A stretch of 64,000 nt of DNA, taken from the NCBI RefSeq assembly GCF_006345805.1, contig NC_043014.1:19902001-19966000 (forward strand). The letters run 5' to 3'. The notes below the pieces were generated by a model that saw only the letters and a program-made list of their open reading frames with translations, was not told the origin of the DNA and made no database searches. Shown here piece by piece: positions 51,512 through 64,000 of the stretch. Both the position numbers and the translations under genes were made by a program. This DNA is from Octopus sinensis (lineage: Eukaryota). Position 1 is the stretch's first letter. Every line of letters begins with the position of its first letter.

Positions 51512-52055
51512 GTGCCCCGCCAACCTCCTTTAAGTGTGAGGGCAAAGCAGTTTTCCTTTGTCTATTGGCTGTAGCGAAAGAGGTGATATGGTGGACTCGT
51601 TTGAAAGGGCTAAGGTCAGACACTTTCCTCTTTGGCCAAGGCCTCATCAACTTTTTCGAGTTTCACTTGAAAAGGAAGATGGGAGTAGAGAAGGAAGTGA
51701 TGTCTGGTAGCAAGTTTATTGATAGGTGGGTGAATGTCGCAAGAATGGCCAGTATGAACAGACCAATTCTGAGAATACACCTGTGAGAATTAAAAGGAAA
51801 TATAAAAGGAGAAAGGAGCTCTCTAACCCCCTTTTGACTAGGCTCCCGTGGCTTTTATGGTTTTTTCCACGAGTAACCTTCCGAAGCGCCTCCGCCTATT
51901 GGGAGTTTTTAATTGTTATTTATATTTCGTTGTTATCCTGCTTTTGTACAGGGACTTTTTCAAACGGACAAAACCCTTTGTAACTATCGTCCTGTGTTTT
52001 GTCCCTTTATGTTTTAATTGATTTTTGTCAGCCCTTGTGGCCAATAAACGAACGA
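51511..52055 (+). mobile_element. Tx1/L1-like LINE 3' end (ORF2 C-terminus and 3' UTR)
   Basis: AKEVIWWTRLKGL...GQGLINFFEFHLKRKMGVEKEVMS...FIDRWVNV...*; ends CAGCCCTTGTGGCCAATAAA. Confidence 0.7.
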
Positions 52056-52110
52056 ATTATTATTATCATCATCGTCATTATCATCATCATCATCACCATC
52101 AACATCATCA

Positions 52111-52157
<47 letters not shown>

Positions 52158-52710
52158 GAGTGAGAGAGCAGTGCATGCCATCAAAGTGACACTGGGGTAA
52201 AATAGACGAAGCCCAGTATACCCATCATGACTACCCGTCTGATAAGGGTACACCAGGGACATGCATCACAACCATATGTGCACGACATGGTGATCTCATA
52301 ACAAGATAAACAGCGCATGACCTTGCGGGTGGGGTCCAGTTAGAATTTTCTTCTGGTTGGGTAACCCATCCCACTCAAAATGTCTCTGATTAAGGGTTGT
52401 TTAAGGATGTTGAATGAAACACCCATGTTTCCAGAGGTGAATCATTCAAACCCCAAAGAATCCCTCTCAACACATTGCTATGATGCTCCCCCACTACTTC
52501 TGCTCATGATCAGAGATGCATATATCATCAGCCACTAAGGGACATGCTCAACTGGTTACGGTCAAACAACTGACAAGCAAATCTGTGGTATTGAGCAGAA
52601 TATTTGCTGTAGCCCATCTTTTATACCAAGACAAAACAATGTACATGATAACACTTCCAGTCAGTTAAGATCAGAAGCCATGAGAGCCGCTGCCTGGTAC
52701 TGCATCAGGG

Positions 52711-52714
<4 letters not shown>
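52158..52714. mobile_element. ~560-bp non-coding element, copy 2
   Basis: GAGTGAGAGAGCAGTGCATGCC...GCATCAGGGTATTT, within (ATT)n. Confidence 0.9.
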
Positions 52715-52768
<54 letters not shown>

Positions 52769-52787
52769 CATTATTATTATTATTAAT

Positions 52788-53392
<605 letters not shown>

Positions 53393-53402
53393 TATTATTA
53401 TT

Positions 53403-53740
53403 ACGAGAGAAAGAGAAAAGATTGATAATTACGGAGACCTGAAAAATTGAGATCTCCAAGATGTGGCAGCTGCGAGAATCAAACATAAAGGATGTCGCTA
53501 TTGTCATCGGAGCATTGGGTTCAATACTACCCAATCTGAAGAAACATCTGGAAACTTTAGAAATACCCTACAATCTAGGTGTATTGTGAAAATTGGCTAT
53601 ACTTGGAACTGCATGAATATTGCGTAAAGTACTGTCTGCCTGATGTCTTTGTTGTGACTTGACAAACAGTACAAACCCCCGGTAGATACAAACGCTTCAA
53701 TCAACAACATCTCGATATTGGATACTGTGTTACGTCTTCA
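53403..53740 (+). mobile_element. 5'-truncated Dong/R4-like LINE 3' end, third subfamily
   Basis: IDNYGDL..IEISKMWQL...AIVIGALGSI...LAILGTA*ILRKVLSA*; followed by (AAT)n/(GAT)n. Confidence 0.8.
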
Positions 53741-53758
53741 ATAATAATAATAACAATA

Positions 53759-53817
<59 letters not shown>

Positions 53818-53845
53818 GATGATGATGATGATGATGATGATGATG

Positions 53846-54050
53846 ATCCTTTCTACGGCAGAGACAAGATGCTGTTGGAGGGTGATAGGCGATTACATTG
53901 ACCCCAGTGCATGGCTTTTACTTTTTCATCAACTCCGAAAGAATTAAAGGCAAGCCCATTTGACCACGAGTACTTACGAAGGAATGTAAAAAAATAGACA
54001 TAGAGAATGTTCTAGATACAATATAACCCGACTGTGTAAGATCCTAGCTC
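53846..54050 (-). mobile_element. SINE family B, degenerate
   Basis: Tail GTAGAAAGGAT, core CACTGGGGTCAATGTAATCG and CCTTTAATTCTTTCGGAGTTGAT on the minus strand. Confidence 0.6.
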
Positions 54051-54099
54051 GAAACCACTCTTATCCATACTGCACCATGTATGGAAACGTAACTCCCAA

Positions 54100-54920
54100 A
54101 TAATGTCTACACACAGGTGAATTCCAAGTAGACCATCAGTCACTTCTTTGACCAGGCTTTTAACACTAAAAACTTTCAGTTGCTCTCCTTAGCTCACTTG
54201 ACTTACTCTCGTAAAATATCTCTCTGTCACTTCTTGAAATACAACTGTCCCATCTCCCACTCCCTGAATTGTTCAAACCATCAGCTATTCTTCAAGCTAT
54301 GTCTCCTCTTCTTGCATGTACTATAGCTAATATATTTCAACCATCACCGAAGTCAGCATCCAAGGTGATTTTATCCTAACAACATATAGAGACGTCCCAT
54401 TCTAAAGCCACCGGGACGGATATCTGGAAAGTTTCAAAGCTAAACCCTTTACATCAACTAGTTTCATCCCTAAATACATCCACGACTGATATACTGACAT
54501 TCGAAGCTCTCTTGACGCACTCCTCTCATCCTAATGCGATTTCTACGAGACCATCACGTGTTCAACAACTATCGGGTCGTCCGACCAAAGCCTTATCGAA
54601 ACTACCCATAACTCATCCAGACTCTACATAACACCCAAAATCTTCAACACTATGAGATTGTAAGTCAGATGACATGCCGAAATTCTAGAGGCATTATGCT
54701 GTTGCTAACAGCATAACTCCTTGGGTAAATTGAAACCATTATCCCAGGCGTTTCCCTCCACATTTCACACATTAAAGACAATAGATTCAAGTCCTTCGGG
54801 TAGTCAATTCACTCACAGCTGCGATGAAGTAGTTCAGGCAAAATATAGGATAGGAAAGGCTTTCAGAACATCATCCATCCCTACAAACTCAACAATGGTA
54901 ACTTAGCACCACAACTGCTA
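54100..54920 (+). pseudogene. Degenerate CR1/L2-type LINE fragment (APE endonuclease end and linker)
   Basis: IGSSDQSLIET (SDH-like APE motif) and FTHSCDEVVQAKYRIGKAFR linker-like segment; many stops. Confidence 0.45.
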
Positions 54921-55012
54921 CACCATTTTTCGAACTGCACATATTACTGTATTGCATTGTACAGCCCTGAAATTCCTTCGCCTCTTAAACTACAACCAAC
55001 AATAGTCTAAAT

Positions 55013-55552
55013 CAGTGATTCCCAACATGGGGCATACGACCCACTGCTGGGGCCTAGGAACGATGTGATGGGACATGGGATCAATTATTTAATACAATAG
55101 AATCAGTGAATAGGATGTGGCTTTGTGATGAAATGAAAGGAAATGCCTTAACAATGCAATTTCAGCAAAGGAACTTTTGATTCATTTTCCCTCGTCTTAT
55201 TTGGTTGAGTGTGGCTTTAGTGCTGTTGACAATTTGCTTCTAGCCAAGAGGAGCAAACTTGACATTACAAAATGTGTTCATTTAGCTCTGAAGCTAGCAA
55301 AATGGTCTCCTCGAATCCATAGTCGCCAGACACAAGGTTCTCATTAAAGCGATGCACATTTTTTCTTAATCAATAATGTACTCTCTTGTTTGTACTGAGT
55401 ACTTAATGAGAGAGTTATTGATAGATTCTTTTGTATTAAATAAATGTGATATAATATTAAAAATAAAATGATTTTTCTCAACCACAGGTGGGGTATACTT
55501 CTTTATGAAAAGTTATTGTAGGGCCTGAGAGAACAGTTTGAGAAACACGCTG
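55013..55552 (+). mobile_element. Deleted hAT (Charlie/Buster-like) element
   Basis: CAGTGATTCCCAAC 5' end and GTTTGAGAAACACGCTG 3' end; AKELLIHFPSSYLVECGFSAV...QTQGSH* hAT dimerisation domain; 8-bp flanks GTCTAAAT/ATCGAAAT (6/8 match). Confidence 0.8.
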
Positions 55553-55915
55553 ATCGAAATGTCTACAAATTGGTAAAATGCATATGTTGATATTTTGCAC
55601 AGACCCATTCATTTCAAAAGAACTTTGGAGGTTCGTATTTACTTCTCATACTGACTTTCCATAGTCAAGACAAATGCTGTAATATGGAATGTAATCATAC
55701 ACTTAGTAGGAATTTACAATCTCATTTCTTGCTTAAATATTATGCAAAATCTTTACACAAGTCATCAATTCATTCCTTCAACGACATTGGCTATCAAACT
55801 ATATGCTGTTACGTAAGTATGCAAATGAAAAGACGGGTATGTGGGGCTATTCTGATTCTATAAATCCTTCAACTGAATATGCACTGAGACACACACACAC
55901 ACACATACACACACA

Positions 55916-55950
<35 letters not shown>

Positions 55951-56387
55951 CCTCTCTTTGTTTTGCATTTCATTTACCATAATTTCTCTATATAAACATT
56001 ATGCTAGGCTGCAATATAAGAAATATTTTCTTTACTACGTATGAAATATTTCTGATGCCGAGAAGCACTTGGATTTAGTAAAATTTAGTAGAATTTCATC
56101 TTAAAAAATCTTTCTAGTTGATATTTGAAGAGGGGAAAAGTATCTTTCAGATGAAAAAAATTTCCATCTATGCTCTCTCTCTCTCTTTCTCTCCCACCCC
56201 CTCTCTCTCTCTCCTGCTACATATGAGAAATGCTACAAATAGCTAGGCATTTATAACCTATCGCACCAGACAGTTGTGAATATAAATAGTGTGGTGAAAC
56301 AGTTTTACACGGGAATTTAGAAAGATATGGCATTAGATTTCCTATTATAACAAAGCTGTATCTAACAGACATTTCTAGCAGCATTAC

Positions 56388-56424
56388 CAGCAACAACAAA
56401 TGGAATCTTCACGATATCATATTT
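56388..56424 (-). CDS. Candidate micro-exon (KYDIVKIPFVVA)
   Basis: Acceptor tgtgcgtttcag|AAA, donor CTG|GTAATG; phase 0 to 1 links 57656 to 42096. Confidence 0.3.
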
Positions 56425-56729
56425 CTGAAACGCACACGAATTATTTTAAAGTCCACAGAATTTTGACATAAGTGGAAATTTCCATAGAAATAGTGGTATT
56501 GACAGGCCCTCCTTCTGAATAAAAAGCAAAAACGGTTACGATTTGTCAAAACGCCCTTCATTTGTCCTATAATATCACTGTCAACCCAGATAAATCACAC
56601 TAGCAACTATAAATGTATGGACTTAAACTTGAAAAAAAGGGAGAAAATTATCTCCCTTTTAAATGAAAGATAATTCTTGAAATAAATCACTTCCTAAAGA
56701 TGATTTCTAAGACACAAGAACATCTTGGC

Positions 56730-57095
56730 AAGGACTGTGTGGTAACAATTTGCTTTCCAGCCATATAGCTCCGAGTTCAGATCCACTGTGTGGCACCTTC
56801 GGCAAATATCTTCCACTACAGCTTCAGACCGACCAAAGCCTTGTGATTGCATTTGGTAGACAGAAACTGAAAGAAACCCGTATATGTGTGCGTGTGTGTG
56901 TGGCTTTGTGTCTGTGCTTGTCTTCCACCACTGCTTGACAACCGATGTTGATGTGTTTATGTCCCTGGCTCGATAAAAGCGATCGAAGAAATAAATCCCT
57001 GGTTTAAAAAGCAAAATGAGCACTAGGATCGATTCATTCGACTAAAGATTCTTCAATGCGATGCCCCAGCATGGCCGTAGTCTAATGACTGACCA
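56730..57095 (+). mobile_element. SINE family A, degenerate full length
   Basis: GTGTGGTAAC...GTGGCACCTTCGGCAAATATCTT...GCCCCAGCATGGCCGTAGTC. Confidence 0.8.
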
Positions 57096-57655
57096 GTATC
57101 AAGTGTGGGAATTGAACCTGTATCGATTAAAAGCGTAAATTCTTTCAGAATTATGATCGTTAAATCATGTCACATTTCCAATATTATGCTTTGCAAAGCA
57201 AACGCAAGAAAAAAGCTACGAAATACCCAAAATACGGAAATTCTGAAAATATTGACTATGCACTAGGAAAATATTCTACATGAGACAGTTAGGTGAGAGG
57301 AAAATATCAGGAATTTAGTACTCACACGACTCTTTTTAAAAACAATTTTGCTTCTCAATTCAAGTAAAAAAAAGTGGGCAATTTTGCTTCTCAATTCAGT
57401 TTTTAAAAAGTGCGCCATATGCAATCACAATCAAACAACCAGGAATTTTCTGTGTTGTCGTTCGAACTCCTAAATTACTCACCAATGTTTTAAATAGCAA
57501 CATGTTGATATCTGTAGTCAAATGCTTGAAACTGGCAGAATGGTCATAGCTTGAATATCTTTCATTAAAGGTCTACTTAAATTTGAAGCATTGAGTAGGG
57601 AAATAGCACAAAGCTAGTTTGGGACTAAAATATATCTCATGCTCATGTCAGCTAC

Positions 57656-57796
57656 CCAGTTAACATGAACATTTCCAAGATTTATGCGTAACTTTCTTTG
57701 CATTATATCACTACACGAACTAAATTGTAAATTTTCAGAGGCAGCCGAATGTATAGACAAACATGAATATGTTACTAAGTATGTACATAATTCGTT
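57656..57796 (-). CDS. Candidate coding exon (NELCTYLVTYSCLSIHSAASENLQFSSCSDIMQRKLRINLGNVHVNW)
   Basis: Within ORF 57614-57844; acceptor ccaattttccag|AAC, donor TGG|GTAGCT; phase 0-0. Confidence 0.4.
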
Positions 57797-58004
57797 CTGG
57801 AAAATTGGAATCTTCAGGCAGACTAAAATGTGGTAAGTTAACAAGTTTCATCAAATTAAGTCTACAAGCAGGAACATAAAGAATATAAATTATATTTTTG
57901 CTGCCAAATTTCCAGTGGTGAAACGTTGATTTTTAGAATAACACACATTCTCTCAGGACATTTTCAAAGAATTTACTAACACGCACGCGCACGCACACAC
58001 ACAC

Positions 58005-58054
<50 letters not shown>

Positions 58055-58479
58055 TACATAATTACACACATACATGCATGCATACATACGCATAAATGTT
58101 AGATAACAACATCCCCTGGGTAAAGATCGTCAATTTCTTGTAAATATTATCTGTTGAAAATCTGATATATTTTACGGTGCCAATGCCAAAACGCAGACAC
58201 TTATCAAATGATTTTTGCCCTACCACATTAATAATTACATAACATGCCCAACGTAGTTACGATCGAAAGGGGAAAAAACTATTAGCGCCAGCACCTCTCC
58301 TCCCACTTCTAGAGGGTGCAACTACCTCTTGTTTTCATCCTCACTGCGAAACAATTCGGATATGTTCAATGGTACGTGTGTGTAGGCGTATATGTTTCTA
58401 CATATATATAAGTACGTGCCTTCCCCCGGACTATCTGCTCCTTTCTCTTTTCGGTACTCACTGGACATTTCTTCTCTCC

Positions 58480-58735
58480 GACGAAGAACCATGTACGAAA
58501 AGTCAAGCACCGGTTGTGAAGCGGTGGTAGTTGGGGACAACACATACACAAAGACACACACAAACACACAAACACACATATTTATGCATATATACGAAAG
58601 TCTTCTTTCAGGTTCCGTCCACCGAATTCACTCACAAGGATTTGGTTGGCCGAAGCTATACTAAGACAAATTTGTGCAAAGTACCACGCAGTGGGACTGA
58701 ACCCGGAATGATGTGGTTGGGAACCAAGCTTCTTT
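58480..58735 (-). mobile_element. SINE family A, partial
   Basis: GTACCACGCAGTGGGACTGAACCCGGAA head on the minus strand, internal CA tract. Confidence 0.8.
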
Positions 58736-58979
58736 GTTTCTTTTAAATAGCCATAAAGGCATTACATAGAGGGGGATACTACAACACATGTGGGGACACA
58801 TAACAATTAAAATAAAAATATGATGCTATGAATGACACATGAAAATGAACGTGAAAAACATTAAAATCAAAATATTAAAATAATGATGAATGATAACTGA
58901 GAAATGAGAATATGAAAAGTGTGTTACTCACCCCACACTGAGTAACAGCACTCGCCACCTCTCAGTCTTAAGTCCTCTT

Positions 58980-59750
58980 TAGTCTTTGATCTAGTCATTC
59001 GATTACCGTTTTCTCCATCGCTGAGTGACAACACTCTCTCCTCCATGTACACGTAACCTTTTACACCGAGGAAGGGGTCTTGTAAATTTTGTGGTGTCTG
59101 TTCTTTCCTTTTTTCCTGTGGCGAGAGGGGTTGGGTGGGTTTGGTGTTTTATGGGGAGGGTGGGTCTGAGTTGGATGGGACGGAGTTGGTCTGGGGTCCC
59201 ATATGACACTGTTCTTCCTCTTCTTTCTCTTTCTCCTTTTTTTCTCTGTCACTGTCCATTCATCCTCTTTGCTCCTGCCATCTATCTCTACTTCTTCCTT
59301 TTTTTCCTCGGTCTCCAGCACCGCTTCTTCTGTCGTTTTCCTGTGTAGAGGGCAGTGAGCCCTAATGTGGCCTTTTTGGCCACATTTAAAGCATCAAGGA
59401 ACTCTTCCCTCATCCCATACACTCAGTACTATTTCTCCTAACGTCACCGTCTCCGCCAAATTTTCCAGTTGCTTCGCCCCCGCTTGTATGTTGATTTCCA
59501 AAGTTTTTCCTCTATATCCTCCTTCCACCGTCTCTGTGGCTTACAGGACAGCCACTCCTCCTCACTACCAACGAGGGCGGCTGCCGCAACCCAAACCATT
59601 TCAATACCGGCTGGGACTCCTTCTACCCTTAGCTTAGAATTCTTTCTACCAAGGTACGTGGGTAGAAGTACTATTTCCCCTGTTTTTACAGTTTCACTAA
59701 CCAGCCTCTCTTTGCCTCCTTCAGCTTTTATAGACATATTATAGTTCACA
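58980..59750 (-). pseudogene. Tx1/L1-like ORF1 remnant with intact CCHC zinc knuckle
   Basis: CFKCGQKGHIRAHC (CX2CX4HX4C) at 59393-59352; EIVLLPTYLGRKNSKLRVEGVP; EWTVTEKKRRKRK. Confidence 0.75.
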
Positions 59751-60024
59751 TTTATATTAATAATAAATAAAACATTTCGTTTTGTAAGTAAATGTCATGG
59801 AGAAATTCTGGTAATGATAACGCTTGCAGAAAATGAAATCAACCACCTAAACATACATTCCAAATAGAATTAGTGAGCGGAAAATTAAAAGTATACAAGA
59901 CATTTCTCAAGTTCAGAAGTTGAAATTTTTCGTCTGTTATTCAACAATAGAGAGTTGCTTTTTTAGAACCCAACTCTTTCCTCAAGGGAGACATCAAAGA
60001 AGTACGAACAGAAGCGGTCATAAA

Positions 60025-60420
60025 TACATGGTAACATACATACATGCATACTTACCTACATACATACATAGATACATACATACATAGATACATACATACA
60101 TACATATATACATACCTACATACATACATACATAATACCTACCTACATACATACTTACATACATACATACATACATACATACGTACATACATACATACAT
60201 ACCTACATATATACATACCTACATACATACATACATAATACCTACCTACATACATACTTACATACATACATACATACATACATACGTACATACATACATA
60301 CATACCTACATATATACATACCTACATACATACATACATACGTACATATACACATAACTACCTACATACATACATACATACATACCTACCTACCTACCTA
60401 CCTACATACATACATACATT
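60025..60420. repeat. Complex (TACA)n microsatellite
   Basis: Directly visible; variant units recur with a period of roughly 100 bp. Confidence 0.95.
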
Positions 60421-60648
60421 TGATATTTTTGAAAAGAATGATTCGCAAATGTCGGAAAATGACCTGAACGAGTACCCCGCCTACACACATACACATACAA
60501 GTGTATGAATCCACGTGTGTGTTTGTATTTTTGTGTGTACGTGCGCGCCTACTCACTCACGTGCGTGTACATGTCTGTAAGTATACATTCCTTCTATCCA
60601 TCTATCTATCCGTCTATCTATCTATCTTTCTATATCTACATATATATG

Positions 60649-60709
<61 letters not shown>

Positions 60710-60715
60710 CTAGTG

Positions 60716-60776
<61 letters not shown>

Positions 60777-60777
<1 letters not shown>

Positions 60778-61620
60778 TAGCAGAAATGCCCGGCGTTGCT
60801 CGGGGCTGAATTGCTTGAAAGTACTGTTAATGATTGCACTGAATTATGATGATTATTCAGGCAAATATTGATATAAGTTTACGGTGGGAGATAAGGACTT
60901 AACGATCAAACGTGTGCCATTGCATTGTTTTGGGGGAACCAAATTTCTGATGAGCATTATAGGGGCACCAACTTTAAGTTTGAGAAAGTGTGGTGGTATT
61001 CCGGGGTGCTCAAAGGAACTGAGTACCTCTATTGGATAGTTGATGACGTCCTCTGGGTCAGGAGTTGTATCGATAGACTGATATACATAGACTTCCCCAG
61101 GAATGAGTTTTAGCATTTCGTCATTAATATGGTGAACAGTTTTATTCCTCGGGGCCAGTATAGCCTTTTTGCCAATCCAATCCATATTCTGATAATTAGC
61201 TTGTAGTTCTGGGAACACTGCATCTCTGAGATCAGAAGGAGTCTTAACAATGGTACAAATGGAATCGATGGCAATATTACCATTTTCATCCCCTGGTATT
61301 TTGCCTTCGCCAAGTGCAAGGAGGGTGTGAGGAAATGTTGCTGATGTGATATTACGTCGCATATGAGCACGCATATTGGTGTGAAGTTTGAGAGTTACTT
61401 CCCTTTATTAAAAAAAATATGCATTAAAATGGAAAAAAATGATGGTAAATTATTTGTAAAACCGTAGACTCATCGTAGACGCGCGCTAATACCCAGAAGG
61501 GCTCGATATGAATCACGACTATAAGATACCCGGTTTTGGTTAAACTGCATCGCAAATTGTGGGAGTAGTTAGGAATCTAAATCGGAGTAGACAGACACAC
61601 AACCTTTCTTTTATATATAA
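60777..61620 (-). mobile_element. Helitron carrying a PIF1-family helicase fragment
   Basis: 3' CTAG|T at 60780-60777 with hairpin CCCGAGCAACGCCGGG; minus-strand LKLHTNMR...KAILAPRN...PPHFLKLKVGAPIMLIRNLVPPKQCNGTRLIV; the 5' ~200 bp match the 25946 copy. Confidence 0.92.
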
Positions 61621-61621
61621 A

Positions 61622-62140
61622 TATTTTCGTCCTAAAAAACTTTGTATGGATTGAATGGTTACCTCTATGGAAATATATACACGCACATTATACATACATG
61701 TGTGTATAGATGAATATATAAATACATTTAAATATCTATATACACTTTTGGGCGATCTTCCTGTTTCTTAGAGATAACTTTAGTTCTTATTTTCGTCCTA
61801 AAAAACATTGTATGGAGTGAATGGTTACCTCTATGGAAATATATACACACATGTTATACATACATGTGTGCATAGATGAATATATAAATACATTTATATA
61901 TCTATATACACTTTTGGGCGATCTTTGTGCCACTTAGAGATAACTTTAGATCTTATTTTCGTCCTAAAAAACTTTGTGCGGAGTGAATGGTTACGTCTAT
62001 GGAAATATATACACACACATTATACATACATCTGTGTATAGATGAATATATAAATACATTTAAATATCTATATACACTTTTGGGCGATCTTTCTGCTACT
62101 TGGATATACTTTAGGTCTTATATTCGTCCTAAAAAACTTT
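61622..62140. repeat. 166-bp minisatellite, about 3.1 units
   Basis: TATTTTCGTCCTAAAAAAC starts at 61622, 61788, 61954 and ~62120. Confidence 0.95.
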
Positions 62141-62284
62141 CCTGTCACACACTCACACACACGCACACACACACACACATGCACCCTCACACACACACAC
62201 ACGCACACACGCACACACACTCACACACACGCGCACACACACACACACACGTTAGCTTACAATTTTATTTATATATTTGCGTGT

Positions 62285-62673
62285 CTATGTGTGTAAAGAG
62301 GAAGTGGGAATGCACAGTGAAAGAGTCACTCACTACAAAAAGTGAATGACTTTCACTTTAATCGTTGCACACTTGCAAAGACAAAGGAGGGGAAATTAGG
62401 GTGATAGCGTCAGTGAAACAGTTCGCTCCGTTTGTGTGTGTGTGCGTGTGCTGTAGCCCACACTAAGAAAAGCATTTGACTTAGACACCACAATGTGAGT
62501 TTTCTCTAAATTTTGCTTAATTAGGGTTGAAATTTGAAAAACTGGACCTGGCACGACCCGATGCATTCTACTCTTAAAAATGCTAGGTAAATTGTAATTG
62601 AAGAAATCCTATATTGTAGATTTCTATAAGAGACAAAGGGAGGCAGATAAAATCTGCCTTTTATAATAAGAGA
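62285..62673 (-). mobile_element. Helitron-type 5' terminal segment
   Basis: Minus strand A|TCTCTTATTATAAAAGGCAGATTTTATCTGCCT (TC start, hairpin AGGCAGAT-AAA-ATCTGCCT); no own CTAG end found. Confidence 0.5.
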
Positions 62674-62927
62674 TATATACCCCTACATAGAGACACAAAC
62701 ACTTACACACACAAACACACACACTCACATACTCATACACACTCATATGTATATATATGATTACTTCTTCATTGATTCATATTGTTTGTCTCTGTTCATG
62801 TTTTTTGAAACCTCATAATGTAGACCAAACGAACGGATATCAGTATCTACCTATACAATATATATATATCTATACATATATATATATATATATTATGTAT
62901 AATATGTATGTATATATATGTGTGTGT

Positions 62928-62974
<47 letters not shown>

Positions 62975-63785
62975 CTCTTCATACGAACTAGTCAGCTTGA
63001 AATGATATATCTTTCATATTGTTTGAGTGATAGCAAGGCAATAACTATAACATCGACTGTAAAATTAATAAGAAAATGTATAATGCTGGATATTTTCCGA
63101 GGCTTCCTCCTATCTGCATCCGTCTATTTACTCATTTATCATCATATCTTATTATTTTTCTTCAACGCTTCATTGTCCGTTTTTGACATACGATCTCTTT
63201 CTATTTGTCTGCCTAAGAAAATGATTGTAGTAATGTGCGTATATATATATATATATATGTGCGTCTGCTTCCGACCGTGAGAGAGAGAGAGAGAGAAGGA
63301 GAGAAAGAGTGATAGACAGAGAAAGTTAGAGTTAGAAAGATATGAAGAGAGACAGAAAGACAGACAGGAAGTTTATGTTGTTTAGTTTGTTTTTTATTAG
63401 TGCGTTTACGTGTGCGTATATGATAATATAGATATCACTCATTGTCTTTCTCTCTTTTCTGTGTACACGTATGTATGTTTGCCTATGTGCTTGTGTGTGT
63501 TTTTAATTACATCTGTTCTCTGTTCTTTTCACTCTCTCTATTCCCCCCTCTCTCTCTTTCTATTTATCTGTATGTATATATATATATGTGTGTGTGTGTG
63601 TATGTGTGTGTGTGTGTGTGTATGTGTGTGTGTGTGTATACAAATGTATATGTGCTCGTACAACGTATGCTCACAGACACATGCATAGACACACACATAC
63701 GTTTGTAGGAGAAAACAAAAGAAAACGATTGGTAGATAAATATATTGATAGAAAGGTATGTAGATACAGAGACAAGACACATTCT

Positions 63786-63817
<32 letters not shown>

Positions 63818-63949
63818 CATACACACATACGCACACATACATATATACATACACATATACACACACATATATATACATACGGATATATATTTACACACTC
63901 ATACATATATATGTGTGTGTGTTTGTGTGTTCTGTATATATTTAATTTA

Positions 63950-64000
63950 TTCGTTCACTTCTTTCAGTCATTTGACTGCAGCCATGCTGGAGCAACGGCT
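63950..64000 (-). mobile_element. SINE family A tail fragment (window edge)
   Basis: TTTCAGTCATTTGACTGCAGCCATGCTGGAGCA; similar tail-only pieces at ~3451-3500 and ~4680-4725. Confidence 0.75.

Noticed and set aside
61622-62140. CRISPR-like array
   Set aside because: Whole 166-bp units repeat with no unique spacers, in a eukaryotic context with no cas genes

Overview
Eukaryotic, very AT-rich, microsatellite-dense DNA whose repeat families look like those of an octopod cephalopod (Octopus). That assignment is inferred from repeat sequence, not from a database search. Most ORF-track entries are translations of (CA)n/(TA)n/(TACA)n/(AAT)n microsatellites. The window is dominated by transposon relics: many tRNA-derived SINEs of about four families; an internally deleted Dong/R4-type RLE LINE plus two 5'-truncated relatives, nested with three copies of a ~560-bp non-coding element in an (AAT)n field (47.4-53.8 kb); Tx1/L1-like ORF1 and ORF2 fragments; Penelope RT and GIY-YIG fragments with hammerhead-ribozyme-like motifs; a DD37E Tc1-like element; mariner and hAT remnants; foldback MITEs; and canonical Helitrons, one carrying a PIF1-helicase fragment. 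Hidden among them, and mostly absent from the ORF track, is a series of short minus-strand exon candidates with canonical splice sites and largely phase-compatible frames, from ~57.8 kb down to ~2.2 kb. They suggest one or two multi-exon host genes whose product I cannot assign to a known family. There is also a near-identical 1.52-kb tandem duplication, a ~140-bp-arm palindrome beside a 100-N gap, and a 166-bp minisatellite. No CRISPR array, rRNA or true tRNA gene was seen.
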